NCBI GenBank assembly: GCA_021732145.1
Contig: JAKFVN010000016.1
Location: forward strand, 8,457 to 72,456
Direction of reading: 5' to 3'
From: Alphaproteobacteria bacterium
GTDB taxonomy: Bacteria > Pseudomonadota > Alphaproteobacteria > UBA9219 > RGZA01
DNA: 64,000 nucleotides
Below the pieces are notes generated by a model that did no database searches, had not been told where the DNA came from, and was given only the letters and a program-made list of their open reading frames with translations. A program made the translations under genes and the position numbers. Positions 1 through 7,992 of this stretch are shown here, piece after piece. Every line of letters starts with the position of its first letter. The stretch's first letter is position 1.

Positions 1-369
1 GCACTGAAAGATTACGTGCAGGTGAACAGGCATCCTGCCTTCACACGCTTCAATGTTTTCCTTCGCGACCAATTCATGTGCCAGTACTGCGGCATGAAGA
101 AAAATACATCGGAACTAACCTTCGATCATTTAACGCCTAGAGCGCATGGCGGCCGCACGGTATGGTCAAACGTTACTACTGCTTGCTCCGCTTGCAATTT
201 GCGCAAGGGCGCAAAACTGCCGCATGAATGCGGCATGCACCCTAAAACCTATCCATACCAACCGACATCGTTTGAATTGCAGGAACGGGGACGCGCCTTC
301 CCGCCGAACTTCCTGCATCAATCATGGCGAGATTTCCTGTATTGGGATTCCGAACTGGAATCTGTCTAG
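1..369 (+). CDS. HNH endonuclease, 5' end outside the window
   Basis: Frame 1 is open from base 1 (ALKDYVQVNRHP...); the ORF track starts at an internal GTG. FTRFNVFLRDQFMCQYCG ... LTFDHLTPRAHGGRTVWSNVTTACSACNLRKG gives the CxxC / H-N-H / CxxC core of the small HNH family common in alphaproteobacteria. Confidence 0.85.
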   Translation, partial: ALKDYVQVNRHPAFTRFNVFLRDQFMCQYCGMKKNTSELTFDHLTPRAHGGRTVWSNVTTACSACNLRKGAKLPHECGMHPKTYPYQPTSFELQERGRAFPPNFLHQSWRDFLYWDSELESV

Positions 370-375
370 ACGATT

Positions 376-468
376 GTCATTGCGAGGAGGCCTTCAGGCC
401 GACGCGGCAATCCACGATTTCATTACCAAAGCTGGATTGCTTCGCTCCTTACAGTCGCTCGCAATGAC
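376..468. repeat. 93-bp palindromic element between convergent genes
   Basis: Terminal inverted repeats GTCATTGCGAG (376-386) / CTCGCAATGAC (458-468) plus inner pair GCAATCCA / TGGATTGC. It fills almost exactly the gap between the HNH stop (369) and the coq7 stop (472). Confidence 0.8.
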
Positions 469-471
469 AGT

Positions 472-996
472 TTAGACGCGTTCAGCAATCCAAATCGCTG
501 CTTTCGAACCTGCCTGTATTACTTTGCGCAAGACAGGATAACCCACGGTTTGCTCCGCGCCTGCATCCAATGCGGTTTGCTTATGCTCAAGCTCTTCCGC
601 GCGGAATTGGTCGACGACCTTCTTTAATTCAGGTTCGTCTTTTAATTGTTCGCTTTGCTGCGCGTAATGTTCATCAATCACTTCTTCAACCGCTACCGTG
701 CAGGCCATGGCGGCGCGTTCGCCCATCATTGCGGTTACCGCGCCCAATGCAAAACCCGCAACATGCCATAATGGTTGTAATGCGGTCGGGCGTACCTGCC
801 CGGCAGCGACCATTTTATTGAACGTATCCAGATGCACTTGTTCTTGTTCAGCCATGTGGCTGATTTGTTCGATGGTTTCTTTTGAAGCGCCCTTGCGCTT
901 CAGCACAGCTAATTGCCCGGCATAAATGCGCTTGGCGCCATATTCGCCGGCTTGGTTCACGCGCAGCATGCGGGAGAGGCTTTTCTTAGGACGCAT
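472..996 (-). CDS. coq7: Demethoxyubiquinone hydroxylase (COQ7 family, di-iron)
   Basis: RVNQAGEYGAKRIYAGQL, EQEQVHL, EEVIDEHY and EELEH motifs match the ferritin-like di-iron carboxylate pattern of Coq7; 174 aa is the typical size. Confidence 0.85.
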   Translation of the reverse strand: MRPKKSLSRMLRVNQAGEYGAKRIYAGQLAVLKRKGASKETIEQISHMAEQEQVHLDTFNKMVAAGQVRPTALQPLWHVAGFALGAVTAMMGERAAMACTVAVEEVIDEHYAQQSEQLKDEPELKKVVDQFRAEELEHKQTALDAGAEQTVGYPVLRKVIQAGSKAAIWIAERV

Positions 997-1495
997 TTTT
1001 TTTCTTCAATGAGAATACAAAGCCAAGCAATACAAAATCATGCATGAGGAGCGAGAATGCGGCATTCCAAATCACAATCGACATCCCCATGAATTCCCAG
1101 CCGACCTTGTCACATGGCGCAAGCGGCGTGGCCAGCAATTCCGCTAGCATCTGGTCGGCTGATTTATTGGTATCCAGTTTTTCAACCGGGCAGCCACCGG
1201 ATAATTCCCACCAATGCTGCTCAACGCCGACATGGAACATGGCAACGCCAAAGGCCGCAATAAAGCCTGCAGCGATTAATGCCAAGAATAGCTTTTGTTG
1301 TTTCTCGCCGCTTACTAACGCTGCAATGCTAACCAGAATAATGAACGCATAGGGCACGCGCGCATAAAGGCATAAAATGCAGGGCTTGAGCCCATACACA
1401 AATTGCGCGATAAGCGCAGCGCCAAGCGCGCCGCAGGCAGCGAGCAAAGCGATGATAAAAACATTGCGTGGTTTAAAGATTGCGAGATTGTCCAT
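986..1495 (-). CDS. DsbB-family disulfide bond formation protein
   Basis: Four predicted TM segments, first-loop CILC (CxxC) pair, second periplasmic Cys pair (GGCP...APCD); 169 aa. Overlaps the coq7 start by 11 nt (operon). Confidence 0.7.
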   Translation of the reverse strand: MDNLAIFKPRNVFIIALLAACGALGAALIAQFVYGLKPCILCLYARVPYAFIILVSIAALVSGEKQQKLFLALIAAGFIAAFGVAMFHVGVEQHWWELSGGCPVEKLDTNKSADQMLAELLATPLAPCDKVGWEFMGMSIVIWNAAFSLLMHDFVLLGFVFSLKKKNAS

Positions 1496-1564
1496 AGCAA
1501 GACCTTACTATCAAATGCTATTTGATGAATAGGGGCAATTATTGAAAGTTGGATGCAAAGAACT

Positions 1565-1957
1565 TTAGTTAGATTTATTTGCTTCGTAATATTCTTTTAT
1601 AATAGGCTTAGTTCTTGGGGAAGTTAAAAGTCCTGTACAAATAAGTGCAAAAACTTTTGCATCTATTTGACCTCTGTATGTCATATATTGGTCATTAATT
1701 CCTTTTAATAAAACTTCTTCTTTCCATATTGCAGCATGTGCATAAATAATGAAGCTAGGACGAACAATAAATTTATGGTCACCCTGACCCAACAAGCAAG
1801 TCCTATCACATTTATTATGGGCAGATGATACATTCACCAGTAAATGATTTTTTTCTTTGCACAGATTTGTTAAAACAATGTGCAAATGCCCTTCACCTTG
1901 AGGGCCGGTATTGGGAATGTGTATCGCCGCAGATTTAGTAAGAGAAGCTATGCTCAT
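1565..1957 (-). CDS. Hypothetical 130-aa protein, candidate toxin partner of the upstream Panacea-domain antitoxin
   Basis: Starts 5 nt after the stop of the 198-aa SocA/Panacea-like ORF on the same strand, in the same AT-rich islet. I recognise no domain (GPQGEGHLHIVLTN ... GDHKFIVRPSFIIY). Confidence 0.55.
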   Translation of the reverse strand: MSIASLTKSAAIHIPNTGPQGEGHLHIVLTNLCKEKNHLLVNVSSAHNKCDRTCLLGQGDHKFIVRPSFIIYAHAAIWKEEVLLKGINDQYMTYRGQIDAKVFALICTGLLTSPRTKPIIKEYYEANKSN

Positions 1958-1962
1958 AGCAT

Positions 1963-2559
1963 TTAAACATTTTGAAGATTAAATGTATGACGATGGTAGC
2001 GGATTTCATCTTCTAATTTTTCTGAATCAGTCTCGCCAAGCGCTTTAAAAATATCCCTATAAGAAATAGGTACTCTACCTTTTTCTACATGCTGATATTC
2101 TGGGCAGTGTTTATGAGTATAATTACGAATCTCACCAGCACTCATATGGCCAAAAGTTACCCATATAGACTCGAGAAGCTCTATCTCAAAATCACTGATT
2201 TCATTAAAGTCTGCACGCGTAAACTGCTTTTTAGCTCTAACATCTTTCTTGTTGTTATCAATCGAGATATATTTATCCCAAGCAGTTTTATCAATCACAT
2301 CGCCATTTATCCCACTCAATGCGTTAGAGCAAATGGGGCCATGTTTCATCGAATAAAACTCATCATAAGTCATTGGATGACCAGACTCTTGCAAAGATGC
2401 TCGTTCTGATAAATACATCAACTTCATAAGTTTTAATTTTTCGATAGAGCCTTTTTCTTTAAGAGAAAAAAATGCAGCAATTTGAGCAGCTTTTTTTGAA
2501 TCGAATCCGACTATCGGATTCTCCCAAGGCTTATCTTCGGGCGTTGTTGTAAATTTCAT
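1963..2559 (-). CDS. Panacea (DUF4065) domain protein, SocA-like antitoxin
   Basis: AAQIAAFFSLKEKGSIEKLKLMKLMYLSERASLQESGHPMTYDEFYSMKHGPICSNAL matches the KLxKLxYLxxR...G.P...D.y.a...GPv.S signature of DUF4065/SocA-type proteins. Confidence 0.8.
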   Translation of the reverse strand: MKFTTTPEDKPWENPIVGFDSKKAAQIAAFFSLKEKGSIEKLKLMKLMYLSERASLQESGHPMTYDEFYSMKHGPICSNALSGINGDVIDKTAWDKYISIDNNKKDVRAKKQFTRADFNEISDFEIELLESIWVTFGHMSAGEIRNYTHKHCPEYQHVEKGRVPISYRDIFKALGETDSEKLEDEIRYHRHTFNLQNV

Positions 2560-2934
2560 TTCTATCTCGTTGTGGCTATTTTAGTTATCGCCATATACTT
2601 CATATTCAGTGCGAGACTTGGCTTTAGCGACCATGTTTTCTGATCACGAATTAGGATTGTTTCTTTTCTATTCAATTTCTTAAACACCCAGACCCTCAAC
2701 GACTCCATCCATATGAATCACTTGAGTCCCCTATTGTCAATTGTCACGGACAAATGTGGATAAAACATGAAGATATGTTTTTATCAGTAAAAACAGCGCT
2801 ATACCTCTACTTTATGGCTAGCAGTTCTTAACTTATCCCATAACCAATTTAACCCCTAAGGGGTATGGAACATACGAAGAGCGCCATTACCATTTAGAAA
2901 GACACGATTTGCAGACGAGCCTAGTGGAAATTAA

Positions 2935-4002
2935 TTAGACCTTCATGCTCTTCGCGTCGTAACGCTTACCAAGGAACGCAGGTGCCTTTGCATTGTTTCC
3001 GGTCGGGAAGTTTTCAATGCTGTAGGACAAGTCGTTGCGGCTGTGATGTGCCCACAATGCATCCGGGTTCAAGTGATAGAACAGCTCGGCAACCGGAGTT
3101 GTACGCGTCCAATCCTTAACCTGCTTGCGGTGTGCAATTTTCCATACGCCCGAAGCGCCGCCGGGGCGACGTTCCAGCTTATCCAGATAACGGCCACCCA
3201 CGAAGAAATCTTCCTTACCCGTCGATTTATCAAGGCGGTGCCAGTTCATGAAATAGCTTTCGCATAACGCAACATCGCCGCGCAAATCAACGCGAACATT
3301 GGCCACCATGTGATGTGTTGCCTTCATATGGCCGCGTACATCTAATGCCCATTGGATATATTCGGAAACGCTGCCTTGGAAAATGCCAGGTCCAAAATCA
3401 ACCGAAGCATCCGGGTGGAATACCGAGCGCAAAAGGTTTTCTTCCGAGCGATCAATACCACGTGCATAGGAATACATAAGGTCGACAATTTCCTGCTTAT
3501 CCACCAATGCCTGAATACGCGGCGGGAATGGGGAGTTTGCTGAGCTGGTCACTGTTGTTGGAGCAGATGTTGAACCGCCGCCAAGTGATGAGAAGAACGA
3601 TGCCTTAATTTGCTTAATCGCCTTTGCTGCTTCCTTCGGGTCAATTGGCGCCAAATCCTTTTTGCGTTCAACCGACGTAATTGGCTTATCAACCTTGGTC
3701 GATAGGCTTTCGGCAATCTTGGCGGCTTCGCGCAGCGCGTTTTCTTTTTCCTTGTTCACAGGCAGCACTGGCTTGACAATGGTGCGGCCACCGGCTTGCA
3801 CTGTATTGTTCTTCGCGGCAGGCTTTTGCTCGACCTTGATGGGAGACTTTGCGGCAAGCTTTGCAACCGCAGGTTTCATTTGTGGTTTAGCAACCAGCTT
3901 GGCGACAGGTTTTGCCTTACCAACAAGTTTTGGCGCGACCAATTTTGGAGCAGGTTTTTTAGCAACAGGCTTTACTGTTGGTTTCTTTTTCGTGAGGGCC
4001 AT
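2935..4002 (-). CDS. Lys/Ala/Pro-rich (histone H1-like) N-terminal tail fused to a SnoaL-like (NTF2-fold) domain
   Basis: N-terminus is KKKPTVKPVAKKPAPKLVAPKLVGKAKPVAKLVAKPQMKPAVAKLAAK. The C-terminal ~150 aa (QEIVDLMYSYARGIDRSEENLLRSVFHPDASVDFG...THHMVANVRVDLRGDVALCESYF...GGRYLDKLERRPG..WKIAHRK) fit the SnoaL_4 pattern. Start taken at MALTKKK (4002); an upstream ATG at 4029 is possible. Confidence 0.65.
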   Translation of the reverse strand: MALTKKKPTVKPVAKKPAPKLVAPKLVGKAKPVAKLVAKPQMKPAVAKLAAKSPIKVEQKPAAKNNTVQAGGRTIVKPVLPVNKEKENALREAAKIAESLSTKVDKPITSVERKKDLAPIDPKEAAKAIKQIKASFFSSLGGGSTSAPTTVTSSANSPFPPRIQALVDKQEIVDLMYSYARGIDRSEENLLRSVFHPDASVDFGPGIFQGSVSEYIQWALDVRGHMKATHHMVANVRVDLRGDVALCESYFMNWHRLDKSTGKEDFFVGGRYLDKLERRPGGASGVWKIAHRKQVKDWTRTTPVAELFYHLNPDALWAHHSRNDLSYSIENFPTGNNAKAPAFLGKRYDAKSMKV

Positions 4003-4419
4003 AGTTATCAACACCCTAAAAGTTATCAAAAGACCACAAAGGCCTTATATGTTTCAAATGCTTAAGCGCTTTTACCCCTCTCAATCGGCGGTAAAAGCCC
4101 CGTTTTTTCTAGTATTTATTGAGGTACGCACATTAAGCCAAAACGCAAAAAGCGCAAGTTTTTATGGGTTAATTTTGCTTTTTTCTTTCATACGGCCTGA
4201 AATGACCGATTGATGGGTCAAATTTGGCCGCTCAATCCCATTTTTTGACCACGAGATGGGATATTTTGGCTAGTTACCCATCTGTTTTTGCCAGAATGGC
4301 GGTTTTACAGGGGTCAAAAAACAATGTTAATAATGTTTTAAGGATTTGGCACGCTTGCATAGGGAGATTCCATGCAAATTCAGGCGATTCTCTGAATTCT
4401 TGGTTGAAAAAGGTAAAGA

Positions 4420-4848
4420 TTAATCTTTGGTCCAACTACGATTATTCAATACAAACAACGCGAAGAGGCCGAACCCCACCCCCAAAAACACCCAAGGCGC
4501 GATCCATAGTGCAACTGTGGCATCTTTCACAGGTGGGTTGAGCAGTACGTAATCCCCATACCGTTCATGGATATAGCCTAAAATTTGTGCATCTGTGAGG
4601 CCTTCGGCCAGCTTGCTGCGCACAAGGGTGCGCAAGTCTTTGGCCAGACCCGCCGGGCTGTCATTAATGGATTCCGACTGACAGACCACGCAACGCAATT
4701 GTTCCCCCAGCTGCATGGCCCGTTTTTCCAAGGCCGCATCCTTTAGCTGCTCCCCTGCCTCAATCGCGAAAGCGGGCATGGCAAAGGTGAGCAGGATGAG
4801 AAAGAGGATGCGCTTAATCACTTCCCGTCCCCGATTTTTTGGCTTCAT
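4420..4848 (-). CDS. ccmH: Cytochrome c-type biogenesis protein CcmH
   Basis: Signal/TM segment then LRCVVCQSESINDSPAGLAKDLR (the CcmH LRCxxC motif) and a C-terminal TM helix. Confidence 0.85.
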   Translation of the reverse strand: MKPKNRGREVIKRILFLILLTFAMPAFAIEAGEQLKDAALEKRAMQLGEQLRCVVCQSESINDSPAGLAKDLRTLVRSKLAEGLTDAQILGYIHERYGDYVLLNPPVKDATVALWIAPWVFLGVGFGLFALFVLNNRSWTKD

Positions 4849-5434
4849 CTTCCTTCGCCTTTTTATTTTCTGTGTTCTTTTCTGGCGGCACCAGGAATTC
4901 GGTCAAAAACGGTTTAAAATATTTATCCCATACGGGGATGCTTAAGGGGCCTGAGACATGGCTGATAATCACGCCGTCCGCCCCAACCAGAAATGTTTCC
5001 GGCACGCCCGTTACGCCCCAATCAATCGCGCTGCGTCCTTCACGGTCGAACGCAACCGTTTGGAACGGGTTACCATGTTCCTTCAAATATTTTTTGATGG
5101 CCGCATCCTTATCCTTATACGCAATGCCGATAATGGGCAGTGGAATGGCAACCTGCACCGCTTTTAAAAATTCATGTTCGGCGATGCATGGCACGCACCA
5201 GCTGGCAAAGAAATTCACCAGCACTTTTTTGCCTTTAAATTGTTTTTCGGTCAGCAGTTTGCGGCTGTTTAAAATCGGCAGCTTCATTTCCGGCACGGCC
5301 TTACCTGCCGATGAAACCAGTGGCTGCCCGTTCTTATCCTGCGTTAAGCCAGCAATTGCCAGCCACACGAACCCTGCAAAAATCAGCCCTGGAATAAGCA
5401 GTAAGCCCAATTTATTTAAGGGTTTTTTGTTCAT
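4814..5434 (-). CDS. ccmG: Thiol:disulfide interchange protein CcmG/DsbE
   Basis: N-terminal TM anchor, thioredoxin-fold WCVPC active site, GVTGVPETFLV motif. Lies between ccmE and ccmH. Confidence 0.85.
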   Translation of the reverse strand: MNKKPLNKLGLLLIPGLIFAGFVWLAIAGLTQDKNGQPLVSSAGKAVPEMKLPILNSRKLLTEKQFKGKKVLVNFFASWCVPCIAEHEFLKAVQVAIPLPIIGIAYKDKDAAIKKYLKEHGNPFQTVAFDREGRSAIDWGVTGVPETFLVGADGVIISHVSGPLSIPVWDKYFKPFLTEFLVPPEKNTENKKAKEDEAKKSGTGSD

Positions 5435-5901
5435 GGCTTATCCTTATTCTTTTCGGGTGCATTCTTTTCAAGCGCTTTGGCAACTTCGGGCGGCATGTAT
5501 TTTTCATCATGCTTGGCCAGCAATGTGGTTGCAGTGAATTCACCGGGCGCGGTTAATGTGCCTTCGGCGACAACACCCTGCCCATCGCGGAATAAATCAG
5601 GGGTAATGCCAGTGTAACGCACCAGTACATTTTCTTTTAAATCCGTTACCACAAAAGTGATGGTGGCTTTTTTATCTTGCGCATGCTTAATGCTGCCGCG
5701 TTCCACGAGGCCGCCAATGCGGATGTGTTTTTGTTCCTTCAATAATTTTTCTTGGCTCGCCAAAATATCCGTCGGCGCATAAAAATAAGTCACGTTTTGG
5801 GATAGGCCAATCAGCGTCAAGGCAACCGCCAATCCAATACCAGCAGTGACGCTTAGGATGAGCGCAAGCCGTGTATGTTTTGCTTGCCATGCGCCAGTCA
5901 T
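5431..5901 (-). CDS. ccmE: Heme chaperone CcmE
   Basis: TM anchor, IRIGGLVERGS, VVAEG..., LLAKHDEKYMPPEV (the heme-binding His lies in the KHDE context). Confidence 0.9.
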   Translation of the reverse strand: MTGAWQAKHTRLALILSVTAGIGLAVALTLIGLSQNVTYFYAPTDILASQEKLLKEQKHIRIGGLVERGSIKHAQDKKATITFVVTDLKENVLVRYTGITPDLFRDGQGVVAEGTLTAPGEFTATTLLAKHDEKYMPPEVAKALEKNAPEKNKDKP

Positions 5902-6047
5902 TTTATTTTTTCCAGTGCGGCAAGCGCTTTACGTGATGCGCAGGATTTGAAAAAGGTGTGCAGGCCAATGCCCAGATAGCCCAGCGCCGCAACGCTGTAC
6001 GCCGCAATCACGTAAGTGGTATGGGGGTTTTCAAAATCGAAATTCAT
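5898..6047 (-). CDS. ccmD: Heme exporter protein CcmD (49 aa; too short for the ORF track)
   Basis: Hand translation of the minus strand gives MNFDFENPHTTYVIAAYSVAALGYLGIGLHTFFKSCASRKALAALEKIK*, a single TM helix followed by a basic tail. Its TGA overlaps the ccmE ATG (ATGA). Confidence 0.7.
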   Translation of the reverse strand: MNFDFENPHTTYVIAAYSVAALGYLGIGLHTFFKSCASRKALAALEKIK

Positions 6048-6088
6048 ACGCACTGTTTTAGCGGATAAAATTTATTTATCCAAGCGGT

Positions 6089-6544
6089 CTAGCGCAGGTT
6101 TTTGAAAAACTGCTGCAATATGTCGCGGCCTTCGCTTTCCATAATCCCGCCATAAACTTCCGGTGCATGATGGCAGGTTGGCTGCGTGAAAAACTTCGCG
6201 CCGTGGTCAACCGCACCGCCCTTGGTATCATAGGCGGCATAGTATAAACGCCGCACCCGCGCAAAACTAATGGCGGCTGCGCACATGGTGCAGGGCTCCA
6301 GCGTTACGTATAAATCGCAATCGGTTAATCGTGCAGCGCCTAATTTTTTGGTGCCCAACCGCAGTGCCAGCATTTCCGCATGTGCCGTTGGGTCTTTTAA
6401 TTCTTCGACCGCGTTGGTGGCTACCGCCACTACTTCCCCCCGCGAATCCACCAACACGGCGCCAACCGGCACTTCGCCGCGATCTCCAGCTATGCGCGCA
6501 TAATCCAGCGCCATTTGCATATATGAATTTTGTTTATCGCTCAT
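6089..6544 (-). CDS. tadA: tRNA adenosine(34) deaminase TadA
   Basis: HAEMLALR and LEPCTMCAAAI (H-A-E ... PC-x-x-C zinc motifs of the CDA superfamily); 151 aa. Confidence 0.9.
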   Translation of the reverse strand: MSDKQNSYMQMALDYARIAGDRGEVPVGAVLVDSRGEVVAVATNAVEELKDPTAHAEMLALRLGTKKLGAARLTDCDLYVTLEPCTMCAAAISFARVRRLYYAAYDTKGGAVDHGAKFFTQPTCHHAPEVYGGIMESEGRDILQQFFKNLR

Positions 6545-6559
6545 TCTCCTTCATCTATC

Positions 6560-7423
6560 ATGCCCCGCATGAAAGAAACAGGAAAAACATCACGCGCAGT
6601 CGCGGTTGCGCCCGGTTCATCCGAGCGGTTGCGCGACAGCGCAGAGCGAATGACAACTAAGGGCGCAGAGCAGTCGCGCGAAAAAACTTTTAAAGGTGAA
6701 CGCCTTGCAAAAGTTTTAGCGCGGGCAGGATTATGTTCCCGCCGCGATGCCGAACGCTGGATTGAAGCAGGCCGCGTCAGCGTGGACGGCAAAAAAATTA
6801 CCACGCCCGCCCTTAATGTGGAAGACCACCAGAAAATTACCGTCGATGGCAAACCCTTGCCGCGCAAGGATGTGCCGCGCTTGTGGCGTTATTATAAACC
6901 TACTGGCCTTATTACGACTGCAAAGGACCCGCAAGGCCGCCCCACCGTATTTGAATATCTGCCCGATGAATTGCCGCGCGTTGTCAGCGTTGGCCGCCTC
7001 GATTTAAACAGCGAAGGATTATTATTGCTGACCAATGATGGGGAGCTGGCGCGCTATTTGGAAAAACCATCCGAAGGTTGGGCGCGGTGTTACCGCGTGC
7101 GCGTGCGTGTTGGCCGTAACGGTATCGATGAAGATGAATTGAAATCGCTGTCACACGGCATCACGGTAGACGGCGTTAAATATGGTTCGATTAAAGCGGA
7201 GCTCGATAGCATCAAAGGTTCGAACGCCTGGGTGACAATGGAACTCAAGGAAGGCAAGAACCGCGAAATCCGCAAAATCATGGAATACCTCGGCTATGAA
7301 GTGAACCGCTTGCTGCGCGTATCCTTCGGGCCTTTCCAATTGGGAAGATTAGAAAAAAATGAAGTCGAAGAAATTCCGCAACGCGTTTTAAAAGACCATC
7401 TATCTGCTTTCTTTAAAGAATAA
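6560..7423 (+). CDS. rluB: RluB/RsuA-family 23S rRNA pseudouridine synthase with S4 domain
   Basis: ERLAKVLARAGLCSRRDAERWIEAGRVSVDGK (S4 domain), VSVGRLDLNSEGLLLLTNDGELA (catalytic Asp motif), NREIRKIME. Start uncertain (ATG at 6560 or 6569). The N-terminal extension contains a repeat element. Confidence 0.85.
   Translation: MPRMKETGKTSRAVAVAPGSSERLRDSAERMTTKGAEQSREKTFKGERLAKVLARAGLCSRRDAERWIEAGRVSVDGKKITTPALNVEDHQKITVDGKPLPRKDVPRLWRYYKPTGLITTAKDPQGRPTVFEYLPDELPRVVSVGRLDLNSEGLLLLTNDGELARYLEKPSEGWARCYRVRVRVGRNGIDEDELKSLSHGITVDGVKYGSIKAELDSIKGSNAWVTMELKEGKNREIRKIMEYLGYEVNRLLRVSFGPFQLGRLEKNEVEEIPQRVLKDHLSAFFKE
6596..6673. repeat. GGTTG-hairpin repeat copy, in frame inside the rluB N-terminal extension
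   Basis: TCCGAGCGGTTGCGCGACAGCGCAGAGCGAATGACAACTAAGGGCGCAGAGCAG is nearly identical to the units at 14115-14273. It translates as SERLRDSAERMTTKGAEQ. Confidence 0.8.
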
Positions 7424-7425
7424 TC

Positions 7426-7992
7426 ATGCGCATTATTTCCGGCACATATCGCAATCGCGCGCTGGAAACGCCAGCTGATGAAACCATCCGCCCCACATCG
7501 GATAAAACGCGCGGCGCGATATTCAATATTCTGGAACACCGTTCATGGCCTGCACATCCTTTGCTTCCTGAATGCCATGTTGCGGATGTGTTTTGCGGCA
7601 CGGGCGCATTAGGCTTGGAAGCATTATCGCGCGGCGTAAAGCATGTGCATTTTATCGATAACGCACGTGAATCTATTGCTCTCACCAAAGCCAATATTGT
7701 CAAGCTTAAATGCGCAGAGCAATGCACGCTGATAACCAGCGATGCGCATAAGGTTGAGTTTAAACATCCGCAATTTGATCTGGTGATGCTTGACCCGCCT
7801 TATGAAAAAAACCTCGGCGAAAAAGCATTACTGCATTTTGAAAAACAGGGGCTTTTAAAAACCAACACTGTCATCATGCTGGAAACCAAAAAGGGCGAAG
7901 TGGTCACGCTGCCGCCATCATTTGAAATGGTGGATGAACGCAGCTATGGTATTGCGACGATTCATTTCTATCTTTACAAGGCACGCGCATGA
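7426..7992 (+). CDS. rsmD: 16S rRNA (guanine966-N2)-methyltransferase RsmD
   Basis: MRIISGTYRNRALETP...IRPTSDKTRGAIFNIL, FCGTGALGLEALSRG, MLDPPY motif. Confidence 0.85.
   Translation: MRIISGTYRNRALETPADETIRPTSDKTRGAIFNILEHRSWPAHPLLPECHVADVFCGTGALGLEALSRGVKHVHFIDNARESIALTKANIVKLKCAEQCTLITSDAHKVEFKHPQFDLVMLDPPYEKNLGEKALLHFEKQGLLKTNTVIMLETKKGEVVTLPPSFEMVDERSYGIATIHFYLYKARA

Noticed and set aside
4347-4359. TGGCACGCTTGCA looks like a sigma-54 (-24/-12) promoter.
   Set aside because: The GG-to-GC spacing is 9 nt rather than the canonical 12 nt (TGGCACG-N4-TTGCW). No downstream gene is in the right orientation and distance.
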